Under the pieces are notes generated by a model, which searched no databases, was not told the DNA's origin, and worked only from the letters and a program-made list of their open reading frames with translations. A DNA stretch of 64,000 bases from Octopus sinensis (taxonomy: Eukaryota): NCBI RefSeq assembly GCF_006345805.1, contig NC_043002.1:67456001-67520000 (forward strand), in the 5' to 3' direction. Of the stretch, positions 13,801 through 25,060 are shown piece after piece; the first letter of the stretch is position 1; each line of letters opens with the position of its first letter. The translations under genes were made by a program, and so were the position numbers.

Positions 13801-16800
13801 AAGGGCGACCGCACATCACCTGTCAACTATCGCCCAGTCAGTCTCACTAGCTGTATTGCAAAACTGATGGAATCGTGTGTCAGAGAAACACTCTGGAACT
13901 TCTGGAGCTCTCACAGTCTCATCCGACCCTCACAATATGGATTTGTCCCTAACTCCAGCTGCAGTGACCAGCTTGTCGAGTTCCTTGAGGACATTACTCA
14001 GATTACTGACAGTGGCTCATGGGTGGATGTTGTCTACCTTGACTTTGCTAAGGCTTTCAACTCTGTGCCACACAAAAGGCTTATGGTGAAACTCTCTGCA
14101 ATGGGTGTGGGGGATGACCTTTTTAACTGGTTGAAATCCTTCATCCTCAGCCGAAAGGAGGTAGTCACAGTTCTAGGACAGCATTCTACACCATATGAGA
14201 TGTCATCGGGTGTACCACAGGGATCTGTCCTTGGCCCCCTCTTGTTTGTGGCATACATTAACGACATAGATGCCAATTTAAAGAATGCCACAGTATTGAA
14301 ATATGCAGACGACATCAAGCTGTACCTTGAAATCAAGAGGACAGATCCTGATGTCTACAACTCTTTCCTGCAATCAGACCTAGACACAATGCAGCAATGG
14401 ATCACAGACTGGCAACTGAAACTGGCTGTGGACAAGTGTACCACCATGCATTTTGGGAGAAAAAACCCTGCGTTCACATACTCCCTCCACAACACTGATA
14501 TCAAGAAATCCTCTTGCGAGCGTGACCTAGGCATCACTGTCAGCAGTGATCTGCGTTGGTCAAAGCATATCTCTAAGATTGTCAGGAAGGCCGAGGGTGT
14601 CTTGGCATCACTCAGCAGGTCTTTTGTTAGCCGCTCTCCAGCCATCTATTTAAAACTGTATACAGCTATGGTACGACCACACTTGGGATTCGCATCATCA
14701 GTTTGGAACCCCTATCTTGCACAGAACATTGACCTCCTGGAATCTGTCCAGAGACGTGCAACCAAACGCATACCCTCCATCAGACACCTACCATATTCTG
14801 AGCGCCTTGTTTCCCTGGGCATGGATTCACTGAAGCTCCGGCGTTTGGCGACGGACTTGGTAAACACCCACAAAGTTATCAACCACCTCACCAACAACAA
14901 CACTGAACACCTTTTTGACCTCCATGTGTCTAACACACGTGGACATGCCTACAAAGTCAGAAAACAATACAGCTCCCATGACTTTCGGAAACATTTTTTC
15001 ACGCTCAGAGTTGCTGAAGCATGGAATAAACTGCCTGCGTCAGTTGTTGACTGCCATGACACTGCATCTTTTAAGGCCCTCATGCTTTCCGAAATCCGCC
15101 GAAACTTCACCTGATTATATATACACTTTAGATGAGTTGTAGTGCACCTGAGCACTGTACACAATTATTATTATTATTATTATTATAACATGTGTAAACA
15201 TTCTGGTAAGGAGAAACACCTCAAAAATTTCCTTCTCCCAGATTTTCAGTCACATTAACACTTCCATTCCCCATCTGCCTCAAACGACCTGTAATCACAT
15301 ATTCATCACATTTAAATGAGTAACGCAGAATAGAAAAGAGAATTTTTTGCTATATCTAATTGATGAAATTTACCAAAAGCCATATTTCAGCAACTAATTA
15401 TTAAACTTCAAACAGCTATAATGATTTTTGTAATGTTTGAAATAATGACTTGTAAAACTCTCCTAATATTTCAGAATAAAAGCTAGCTAACAGTCAAAAA
15501 CAAATTTTAAAATAATATATCCTTTAGAGCAGTGGTAGCCCTTGGTGGGGTTCATATAAGATTTTGTTAGTGCAATGAATTGCTTTTACTTCTATCATAC
15601 ACAAAATATTTTTATTTTTTTATAGAATTCCCCATAAAAATATAATCATAAAAATACAGTAGGAATTTTTTAATATATATACATCGAATAGTTATGAGGG
15701 TCCAATAGAGTAAAATAGGAATGAAAGGGGTTCTCAGGCAAAAAATGGTCCAGAACCACAGCTATAAAAACAGATCATTGTATAAAAAAGATTCAAAGAA
15801 AAAAAAAACATACCTCATTAACAAAATCCTCTAATTCTACAAGGCATCGAAGGTAAAATCTTGGCATTCCCTCAATGTCAACAATTTTTTTAGCTTTTTC
15901 AAAAGCTTTAGTAAGAGCTTCAAAATCTAAAAGAAAAAAATAACAAACATTTTAATGCATTAAAAATATTTCTTTTCATTAAATAAAAGAAGATAAATGT
16001 CAAAGTACACCAACAAACAAGACACACAGAGTTGTAAATGTTAGGTCTTTTCTCCAATGAATAATATTCTTAAAGAACATAAAATGAATGATTAATGATT
16101 GCAGAGTTTAAAGCTAAATGACAATCTAGCTAGAGACAATTTGGAGAAAGAAGACATGGAAGTGGCAGTCATGCTGTTACACACTTTACCAAGGGCTTTA
16201 GTCTCACTTATATATCAACCCGTAACCTTACCTGATGCCTATTTTATCAATCTCATAGACTAAAATTAAGTCTTAAAATGAAAGGATAAAACAACTCCAG
16301 TCAGAACTAAGGTAGAATAGTCTTCTAAATAAGCATACTGATTTATATATTACATATAAGTGATCAATGATCTAACAAGATTTCTGAAAAACCACTTAAA
16401 ATTTCAGTTAATTTGAAGTAAATGAAAATAACATAAATCAATAAGCAAATGTCTTCTCATTCTAAAAATTACAGTTTTAAAACTACAAAGTAAAAATCTA
16501 GTAACGACATGGAATTCTCTAACCATTAGAGCAATAGCTAAAAAAGGAATATAGCTGTCAGGACATTACTTCCTTCAGAACTTCTATGCTTCCTGAAATT
16601 CACCAACAGTACATCTTCCCACTTCTTTTTTAAATGATTCATTCACTGTTCGCTTTCTGTGCATTATTATTCTATGAGCTGCTCATGCACTTTCAGGTGC
16701 TTTTTCTGATGAGTTGTAGTGCATCTGAGTACTCTATACAATAAACGCATTATCATTATTATATAGGGTGGTGAGCTGGCAGAATCATTAGCATGCCAGG

Positions 16801-19800
16801 CAAGATACTTAGCGGCATTTTGTCTATCTCTATGTCCTGAGGTCAAATGCCACTGGGGTCAATTTTGCCTTTCATTCTTTCAGGATCAATAAATTAAGTA
16901 CCAGTCAAACACTGGAGTCGGTGTGATCAACTAACCCCCTCCCCTCAAAATTCCAAGCCTTGTGCCCATAATAGAAAGGTTTATTATTATTAAAAATAAT
17001 ACATACCCGTCAATACATTAGACATATCTTTGATTTTTTTATGATTTCTTAATTGACGAATAACATTTTGCATCTCCTCAAACCTAGTAAAACAAAAGAA
17101 CAAAGAAAAACATGAATCACACAATGAATTACTCCAAGTTCAGGGTTTTCATTTCGTTGGAATCAGTAAAATCAAGGACCGGTGAAGTATTTAAATACTT
17201 AATAATCATCATGTATAATACTGACCAGATTTACAAAATCTCAGCAAGATTTCATACAACAGTCAATTTTTAGAATTTTTATCCATTAATTTACTTTCTG
17301 TCTACATCTATTTATCAAGTAGAACAATCTTGTTTCAATTCATTAAAAGTTTTTATGACTATTATTATTGTAAGCCTAATAATTATAAGAAAAAACACAA
17401 AATGTATCAAATACTTATAATTTCAGTGTCAAAGAAACAAATTTTCCTGACACAATAACCCATTTTATTCTCTTTGCAAAGTCTTAAATTTAATAAAATC
17501 TTGAACTGAAGTTACTTTAAAACTTGATCGTAAAATCTAAACTAAAAATGATTTTATGTTTAAAAGATAAATCAAATATTTAATGCCTATTGCAAATCGT
17601 TTTTACTTTAAATAAGTGATTAACAATATGAATAAAATAAGATTACAAGTAATTGGAATCACAAAATTGCTTGTTTCATGATGAAAATGTAAAAATTCAG
17701 TAGCAGAGAAAATTGTGTTTTAATTCGACTATGACATTAATTAAAATCAAAATTTAATTTCAATCAGTTAATTAACTCCCTTCATAACTTTATCAGTGAT
17801 TCTCAACTGGTTTAGTTAGTGAGTCCTTGGTAAGGGCATTTAACTTGGTAATGGTGCTATTCAGTTTTGTCTTACCTCCCTAGTCTCAGGGCAAAGGAAC
17901 AAGAGAAATAAAACGAAAGTGCTCTGATAGTTGATGTTAAATGTGAAACTAATTAGCAATTCAAGACGTAGAAATCAAATTTTTGAAAACCAAAATAAAC
18001 ATGAACAGATCAAAAAACTGAATATTGTACTTCATCCAACAGCTTTGTATTGTATTATCATAAAAGAAATCACATGAAGAAAAAAATTGCACCCAGAATA
18101 ATCCAAACAAAAGGAAAAAGGATAAAAATTCTAGGTTTCAGAAATTTTACACACTAAAAGACTAAACCCAATACTAACTACTGTATTTGATAGCATAAAA
18201 GATCCATGGGCATTTTAGACTCACCTGGATTTCAGCAACACACATTCAGGAAAAACAAAAGTTTGTAGTGCATGAAAGCATGTAATATAGACATAACTTC
18301 ATGCATAGGACCCAGGATGTATTTTTTTGGATATTGTTTTGAAAAAAAAAGTGCACCTTATACACCATTGAATATGGTATATATATGATTGGAAATAAAG
18401 AATCTATTTACAGTGCAGCAACGTCTAATAAATAATTACCAAGTTAAATTTTAGAAGCAAATTAAAGGTTTCACTACAAATGGTAATTAAAGGTTACCAA
18501 TCTCAGGAAGAAATTTAGATTTAAACTGTTGAAACCACTAAAAAGTTGCAAGTGTCTCAAGGGTTAAATCTAAGCAAACAACATAACAACCTTAATAACT
18601 GGATAATCATAAATAAAACTCACCTCTTATCCTTTGCACTGCGGACCACTCTTTTAATATCTTCTTCCTCTTCACTGAAGTGGTAGGTCCTAGAAACAGA
18701 AGTGAAATAAATATTTCATTTTCACATGAAAAAACACTGAATACATTAAGTAAAGATGAAGATGAAAAGATTAAGTTGAAAAGACTAAGTTGAAAAGAAA
18801 ACAACACTTCCAAGAAATTAATACTGATCCTTTTAATAAATAAAACAACAGTAAACACTACGAAGTAGTTGATGTTAAGAAGGGCATCCAGATGAAGAAA
18901 TCCTGCTAAAGTTGACACCGGAGCTCAATGCAGCCCTGCAGTTTGCCAGATTGTCAAACCATGCAGCATGGAAAACATGTTAAATAATGGTGATAATGAT
19001 GATGAACAAAATGATTTTTCACATGAGTCATCTAAATGATGGAGTTACTTTTGATTTAAAGCCGGCAATTTCGGGGGGGATGGGTTTAAATCGACCCCAG
19101 TGCTCAAATGATACTTATTTTGTTGATCCTGGAAGGATGAATGGCAAAGCTGACCTTGACTGAATTTGAACCGAGGGTGCTGGTACCACATAAAAAGCAT
19201 TCATGCCACTGCTGCACCCAGTGCACGGCATTAGGAAGGGCATCCAGCCATAGAAACCATGCTAAAACAGACATGGTGCCCAAGTAGTTCAGCTGGCCAG
19301 CTCTTGTCAAACAATCGAGCTCATGTCATCATGGAAAATAGATGTATGATGATAAATTTAAGGACAGACAAAATGCGGCATTTTTTCGATAAAACTCAAT
19401 GGACCACAACACCTCAGTTCGGCTCTTTCTGTGGCTGTTGCCAACCATCAGTTGACAAAATGGGAGGAGAAGAAAGCTAATGGGTTGTACATGCATCCAT
19501 GTTTGTTCCTCTGCCTTTGTATACGTGCTTGTTCGTGTCTGTGTCAGTGTGTGTGCCTGTCCTATTTTTATGTATTTATGTGTTGTGGACTATAGATATA
19601 ACAAAATTATGCCAGCAATGTCACATTTTAAACTGGAAGAAAAAGGCTTTTTTTCTTCAAGTTTAAAATGCGACATTGTTGGCATAATTTTATCATATCT
19701 ATAGTCGACAACACATTGTTTGTTCCTGGTTCATAAGGAACAACACATAAATACATAAAAACAGGACAGGCACACACACACAGACAAGAACAAGCACATA

Positions 19801-21910
19801 CACACAGACAGGGGAACAAGCACACACGCACATACAACCCATTAGCTTTTTTCTCCTCCCATTTCCTCAACTGACAGTTGACAACAGCCATGGAAAGAGC
19901 TGCACTGAAGAATTTTGGTCTATCAAGTTATATTGAAAGAATGCCCAAAATGCTGCTGAGCATTGTGGCCAACGTGCTAAAAATTCAGCCTGTTTGCCAC
20001 CTTAACTTCAACTAATATTAAGAACCTGATTACTCTTGAGTTAAGTCAGTTTCCAGATAGGGGACATACAAGAGAAAGAGAAAAGAACAGGGATGAAAGA
20101 AATTAGATTTGTTGCCTTTATGAAACTGCTTGAATACACTTAAAGATACGTTGAAATAGCAAAGCTACAAAGACAGTTGCTGAATGTAAAAACTGTCAGG
20201 ATGAATCAGAGGTTCTTTGAAAGTTAGATTTGTGTAGGAAAGGATTGTACCTAAGAACTGGTATAGCAGCATCATTGTCAAATGCTTCTAGGATAATGAA
20301 AATGTACTAGAAACTGGCACTTTGTCAGTTACGATGATGAGGGTTCCAGTTGATCCTATCAATGGAACAGCTTGCTCGTGAAATTAATGTGCAAGTGGCT
20401 GAGCACTCCACAGACACGTGTACCCTTAACGTAGTTCTCAGGGAGATTCAACGTGACACAGAGTGTGACAAGGCTGCCCCTTTGAAATACAAGTACTACT
20501 CATTTTTGCCAGTTGAATGGACTGGAGCAATGTAAAAGAAAGTGTCTAACTCAAGGACACAATGCGTCACCAGGAATTGAACTCACAACCTTACAATTGT
20601 GAGCCAAATACCCTAACCACTAGGCCATGCGCCTTAAACATGAAGATGTGCAAGAGAGAGGAAAACTACTCTGATCTCAAGTTTATGGAGTGCATAAAGA
20701 ATCGTAGCAAGCTAATGCAGGTTAAAGTTAACAGCACATGATTTAGTTGAGCTCTTTATTTGGTAGTTGGCAAAAAGTATCTTAGATCTATCAACGAAGA
20801 AAAGTATTTCTGGCAACAAGGAAGTTAAGTGAGGGTGCTGCTCAGGTCATGTTAAGAGAAGCTAAAAAATAAGGATCAAAGTCACCATTAAGGTCAATGG
20901 GAATTAACCAAGATTCTGTACATTGTACTCAGCTTAGTCGAGGCAATTGCATGGATTCTCTTATGAAATATCCTATAAGTGGGCGGGTGATAGAGATGAG
21001 AGGGTATCAAACAGGGAGGATAGACAAAAAAATATAGACTTGACAAGGACAAACTGAATGAGAGACAAAGTGTAAAAATATAATGTTCCCAGTATCCATC
21101 ACTACCATCATTTTACTGTTCACTTTTCCATCCTTGCACAGCATATCACCAATCAATCATCTCAGTCTTGTGTCATCTCCATAAAGATCAATATCCTGAG
21201 ATCAGTCTCCACTATTCCAACCCATGTCTTCCTGGGTCTCTCTCTTCCACAGCTTACATCCACTTTGAATGTCCAACACATTTTTATGCAGCTGTCTTCT
21301 CTCTTGCACAGCACATCTGATTTCTCTTATATCCAGTTTCACTCTCAATTCATATATACTCCATCACACACACACACATTCACAACAGGCTTCCACAGTT
21401 TCTGTTTCTCAAAGGTTCTGACCCACACAAGACTGAGGTAGAAAACTTACCTAAGGTACTACACGGTTGACCCAGGGCCAACACAGCTTTAAACAAGAAT
21501 TCTTAGCCATACCATTATATTTGTGTCCAAGATGCATGCAATAATTGATATATTTGAAACAGGCAGTGAGTGAAGACAATCTTCAGTAAATAAAGACACT
21601 ACAGGTTGAGATGCAAAAAAATAAGACTGCATCAGGCAAAGTACAGGGATAACTGCTACAGTGGATGATGCATGCTGAGGAGAAATTGTTAGCAGTGGAA
21701 GGTGACCACAGCTGAGGTACACAGAATAACCAGCATAAAAAATACTGGTGACGAATTATAAACACAAGATTTTTAACAAGAGATCTTTGTCTGTAACAAT
21801 AATGTCTAATGAAAATGAAATACTTACTTTGTAGCCTGACGTTGAGGTATGACCTCCTCTTCGCTGCTTTCACTATCAGTCTCATTTTCTATCTTGTAAA
21901 ACTTCGACAT
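2110..21910 (-). CDS. EIF3C: Eukaryotic translation initiation factor 3 subunit C, N-terminal part (spliced; continues beyond base 1)
   Basis: Ten GT-AG exons with consistent phases: 21910-21828, 18689-18624, 17083-17007, 15926-15814, 11194-11069, 9254-9185, 8269-8193, 6296-6187, 4010-3887, 2372-2110. The joined peptide contains eIF3c motifs [69 protein letters not shown] and [16 protein letters not shown]. Confidence 0.96.
2955..3290 (-). mobile_element. Decayed LINE 3' fragment (CR1/Jockey group)
   Basis: FYYYYNG...[15 protein letters not shown] resembles the CR1-group C-terminus. Confidence 0.5.
3887..4010 (-). CDS. EIF3C: eIF3c coding exon 9 ([41 protein letters not shown])
   Basis: ttcatag acceptor, gtaaat donor; GEWEKV motif. 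Confidence 0.94.
4146..4566 (-). mobile_element. tRNA-headed SINE, family A (internal (TA)n/(CA)n)
   Basis: GGCTGTGTGG..AAG..GCTT.CCAACCA..GG..C.GGGTCAGTCCCACTG head; many copies across the window. Confidence 0.85.
5392..5759. mobile_element. hAT-type MITE
   Basis: CAGTGTTTCTCAAC / GTTTAGAAACGCTA termini; TSD TCTTAGAG / CCTTAGAG (7 of 8). Confidence 0.8.
6187..6296 (-). CDS. EIF3C: eIF3c coding exon 8 ([36 protein letters not shown])
   Basis: tttttag acceptor, gtaagt donor; phase 0 to 2. Confidence 0.92.
6965..7514. mobile_element. hAT-type MITE with nested insertion
   Basis: Perfect 8-bp TSD GTCTAAAC (6957-6964, 7515-7522); CAAGGGTTCTCAACC / GCTGAGAATCACTG termini. Confidence 0.85.
7215..7432. 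mobile_element. piggyBac-type MITE nested in the hAT MITE
   Basis: TTAA flanks; CCC...GGG ends; related copy in reverse near 39130-39350. Confidence 0.75.
8193..8269 (-). CDS. EIF3C: eIF3c coding exon 7 ([25 protein letters not shown])
   Basis: tctgtag acceptor, gtaggt donor; phase 1 to 0. Confidence 0.82.
8406..8477 (+). tRNA. tRNA-Glu (anticodon TTC), intronic and antisense to eIF3c; T-stem weakened
   Basis: 72 nt. Acceptor stem TCCCATG/CATGGGA; anticodon arm CCTGG-CTTTCAC-CCAGG; A box TGGTCTAGTGG; B box GGTTCGATTCC; T6 terminator at 8485-8490. The T-stem CTGGG/CCTGG has two G:U pairs. Confidence 0.85.
9185..9254 (-). CDS. EIF3C: eIF3c coding exon 6 (acidic linker [23 protein letters not shown])
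   Basis: tttccag acceptor, gtaag donor; phase 0 to 1. Confidence 0.88.
11069..11194 (-). CDS. EIF3C: eIF3c coding exon 5 ([42 protein letters not shown])
   Basis: cttacag acceptor, gtatgt donor; conserved motif. Confidence 0.95.
11751..12293 (+). CDS. LINE ORF1 (probably 5'-truncated)
   Basis: IAIGVPE and [16 protein letters not shown] motifs, typical of CR1/L2-type ORF1 proteins. Confidence 0.7.
   Translation: MDAWIDGIFRNALLKNLPVPVPLVAFKTADSATHEVIAIGVPEDMADLQAFAANSDKDLGCVPPTGAIRLGRPGPKPRLIKLSFTDPTEATSYHLASVKAGRENRTTFRTRPGLPSNVRPKLRVVASLNRNSALQESFSLREDGQIWRFVKTAETWKRDTSWSECSLPTITKKTTATQGN
12266..15114 (+). pseudogene. LINE ORF2 (AP endonuclease + reverse transcriptase) with one frameshift at ~12725-12728
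   Basis: APE motifs LNARS, VTETW, GGGV, VYRPP, GDFN, LDLLF, SDH; RT motifs [31 protein letters not shown]; a single 1-nt deficit in an A4 run joins the two frames. Confidence 0.93.
15814..15926 (-). CDS. EIF3C: eIF3c coding exon 4 ([38 protein letters not shown])
   Basis: cttttag acceptor, gtatgt donor; conserved motif. Confidence 0.95.
16575..16762 (+). mobile_element. Old 3'-end fragment of a related CR1-group LINE
   Basis: Shares ATGCTTCCTGAAATT and GATGAGTTGTAGTGCA..GAG.ACT..ACAAT plus an ATT-rich tail, with a longer 3' UTR. Confidence 0.7.
16765..16980 (+). mobile_element. tRNA-headed SINE, family C
   Basis: GGTGAGCTGGCAGAA head; TTTGCCTTTCAT..AAATTAAGTACCAGT core; copies near 1130-1330(-), 28550-28770(+), 48410-48610(-). 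Confidence 0.75.
17007..17083 (-). CDS. EIF3C: eIF3c coding exon 3 ([25 protein letters not shown])
   Basis: ttactag acceptor, gtatgt donor; phases match neighbours. Confidence 0.93.
18624..18689 (-). CDS. EIF3C: eIF3c coding exon 2 ([22 protein letters not shown])
   Basis: tttctag acceptor, gtgagt donor; conserved motif. Confidence 0.95.
19449..19873. mobile_element. Foldback / long inverted-repeat element
   Basis: ~200-bp imperfect arms centred near 19650. Confidence 0.75.
20305..20635 (-). mobile_element. tRNA-derived SINE, further family
   Basis: A box TGGCCTAGTGG and B box GAGTTCAATTCC at the 5' end, followed by a non-tRNA body. Confidence 0.75.
21828..21910 (-). CDS. EIF3C: eIF3c coding exon 1 ([28 protein letters not shown])
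   Basis: ttttcag acceptor 3 nt before the ATG; gtaag donor, phase 2. Confidence 0.88.
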
Positions 21911-23260
21911 TTTCTGAAAAATAATAATATATTAAATTACTCTTTATATGTACTTGTTATTTAAGATGTGCTTGCAGTAGAGTTAATCTGACAGGTTTAT
22001 ATATTGCATTCGCACAATCCATAACCTAAATCAATGAATCGAAACAAAATGAAACATTATATAAAATGTTGATGATCTGTTCTGTTGCCTGCTAATAAAA
22101 TAATGCCAATCCAAAAGTAGATTTAATTAACCTTTTTAATACCAACCTGAGTCCACTCCTGATTCTACAATATAAATCTCTTTTAAAAGTGATCTCACTT
22201 AAAACCTTCCATCAAAATTTCGAGTTAAATTTATTTTTCAAATACTAACTTAATAATAACAAAGTTATTTTAGTAAATTGTTAAATATTTTCAGAACTAA
22301 TTGAAATATAGGCAATGTTATTTCAACAGAATTACAGTAACAAAAAGTTAAAAGATGCATGGGCAAAAATTCCCAGAAACCATTAACTTAAATTATGGTT
22401 AATTTACTTAGTACAGTTGACAAAGTTCATTATGCTGATGACATTTGCTGAAAATTCCACTGCCTGAAGATTTCTGACCCACATTTTAATCAAATCAAAC
22501 ACTAAGAATTTTTGCAAATTTTCATTTTATCCAAGAAAATTTCTTTCTACAAATATTTTCAATTAAACTTTTCTTTAATCTGACGTTCCCAAGATACAAC
22601 AATATTTTATCTATAAACTTTCTTGAAAAAAACAAATTGTTAACCAGGTAAACCAAGTGCATATAAATTCTAGAAATTGAGAGCTCAGTTTTCTTTACTT
22701 TTTTGAGTTTTATGCTTCCAAGTTATGCCTCATATTTTGACTGTGGTTAATAATTTAGAGCCTGGATGACTGATACATAGCATACAGACTATGCAAGTCT
22801 TCTAGCAAACAATTCTGAAATTGCATTGTGAAAATTATTACAGATTGATACACAAGCAAGGCAAGTGTCAATTTCATACCACAGTTTAAGATTGGTTTAA
22901 CATTAAACATTTGACCTAGATATTTGGCATTATGAAAGGCATCCAGCCATAGAAAACACTACCTGGGGCTCAATGCAGTTCTCAAGCTCAACAGATTGTG
23001 TCAAACCATCCTATTCATGCCAGCATGGCAGGTGGACATTAAATGATGAGGGTGATGGCTTACTTGCCAACAGGAAGTAATTAACATCACACCATTCTGC
23101 ATACACTTTCTTTTAAGTTATCAAAATACCAAGTTTTTTTCCATCATTTTGTTTGTTCTCTTGCACATTGTTTTACAGTAGACAGGAAGGTGAAAGATAT
23201 ATTCATTTCACATCTCACAGTTCTATAATATATAACCATTTGCTTTAAAATTCTATTTAA

Positions 23261-23480
23261 CCCTTTAGCATTCAGATTATTCTGTCAAATGTAAAGCTTA
23301 TGTATTCACACCATGTAAAATTAATCTTGCATCATTTCATGGCTTTGAGATTTCAATGATGTGATTGTTTATTTTTAAAATGACACAATAAGATAGCTAT
23401 GAATGACCATATCTGACTAGTTTGAACATAAAATAGGTAGAATATTTTGGCCGGATATAGCCGGTTTAAACACTAAAGGG
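23261..23480. mobile_element. piggyBac-type MITE
   Basis: TTAA-CCCTTTAG...CTAAAGGG-TTAA; related copy near 11255-11490. Confidence 0.8.
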
Positions 23481-25017
23481 TTAAATTAAAACTCTCCATC
23501 ATAATTTTGTGTAAGCTTCTGTTTAGATATACCAGATTAATATAACAATTAATGTCAAAATTGAATCTGTCCAAATGTTTGGTTATTTTCAAAATTAAGT
23601 GAAACATAAGAAGTGTACTTCATATGACTGTGAAAAAGAGTTATGCTATAAACATGGTCCATCATTTTCAAATATTCATCCTTAATTACTTTCCATTTAT
23701 ATATATAAAAAAAAAAAAAAACTATGAAAAGACTATAAAATTCTTAATAGCTAGAAGACAATGGAAAAACAAACTGATATTATAGAAACTATAACCACTT
23801 AAATAAGTTTTTGTGGTATGGTAGGATAGATATATCATGGAAACAGAAGAGTTTTGAATTCAAGTTATGTCAATTCCTATCTATGTTCCCAGATTGAGAA
23901 AATGCTTCCATTATTAACTGAAAATGACATTTTCAGTTCAATTGATTAGTTTGTTGAAGTGTAAGTATATGTTTATTAATTTACAGAAGTACAAGAAATT
24001 GTGAAAGCAACTGCTAGGAATTTTCAAAGAGATTAAGGAGAAGAAATGATCAATATTTTGCTCCACAAAACATCTGTAGGTTAATGATTTCATATTTTAG
24101 CACAAGGCCTGTAATTTTAGAGAAGGGTGTAAGTTCATTCCATTGACTCCAAACAACACCAAGAAGTCAACCTGAATGGAATTTGAAGCTAGAATGTAAA
24201 GAACCAGAAGAAATGCTGCTAAGCACTTTGCCTTGTGTGCAAAGAATTTTAACAGCTCTTTACTTTCTTTTAGGTTAATAATAAAAATTATTAACACACA
24301 CAAAGAGAAACCAATTATCTTAGCACACCAATTCAACTCAGACTAAATTGATTTCTTCTAAGTAAACGGTCATTTGTGTAGGTGGTGATGGGCACAACCA
24401 TCAATAAAGAATCCACTTTGAAATTTTATTGCCTTCTTGAAACTTACAGAGTTGGTTTGCTACTAACTTTTAAACCTAGAAAATCTGCACTAGTGAGCAA
24501 CGAAGCACTAATTAAGGCAATCAATTCATAAATTTAGAAGACTTCCATTGTATTTCTAGCGTTAACTATTTTCAAGATATTTATTTTGTAAATTCCTATC
24601 CACTTAAGATGTTCTAAATTGAAAATTATACTTAAAGTCAAACTTTCAATTAATTTTTATTTTGAAGTTTAAAACAACTAGATGAAATAATGTTTCTGTA
24701 GACCAATTCTTCACCAGCATTCTTAGATACTTTCAGAACAAAATGATTTAACACTATTCAAACGAAACTGCTCAAGATACCCTGCTTCTGAACTCTTTCA
24801 AACTATTTTAAAACTCTCTACTGATTTCTTCTTCTAACCAAATCAATATTTCACGCACAACTTAAATCAGAACAGTAATAAATTTAAATATTACACAGCT
24901 TGTGTATTAAATAAGTATATAAACACATTCATTCTCTGATACCGATGTGCAGGAAAGAGGCGAGTCTCCTGACAAGCCATTTCTCAGTTTGTTGACTGCT
25001 CCTAAGAGAAGACATAC

Positions 25018-25060
25018 CCGGTTTCTTTTCACAACGAACAAAGATCAGCTCCTATAATAC
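25018..25060 (-). other. Candidate non-coding 5' exon of eIF3c
   Basis: CCGG|gtatgt donor of the same type as other eIF3c donors; the ATG exon begins with an acceptor, so an upstream exon is required. Confidence 0.4.

Larger units (their letters stand above)
11751..15186 (+). mobile_element. Near full-length CR1-group LINE (ORF1 + APE/RT ORF2), 5' boundary uncertain
   Basis: ORF1-like, endonuclease and RT domains; short 3' UTR with stem-loop AGTGC-ACCTGA-GCACT (15141-15156); (ATT)n tail. Confidence 0.95.

Noticed and set aside
13095-14936. Minus-strand and alternative-frame ORFs over the LINE (also 49461-50726)
   Set aside because: Shadow frames of the GC-richer RT ORF.
2373-21827. Intronic C/D snoRNAs in eIF3c
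   Set aside because: TGATGA hits come mostly from (GAT)n SINE tails; no convincing C/D pair with a terminal stem was seen by eye. A snoscan or Infernal run would settle it.
24933-25014. Short minus-strand ORF MSSLRSSQ... as the eIF3c start
   Set aside because: No similarity to eIF3c; the real start is at 21910, and this ATG lies inside a probable splice donor.
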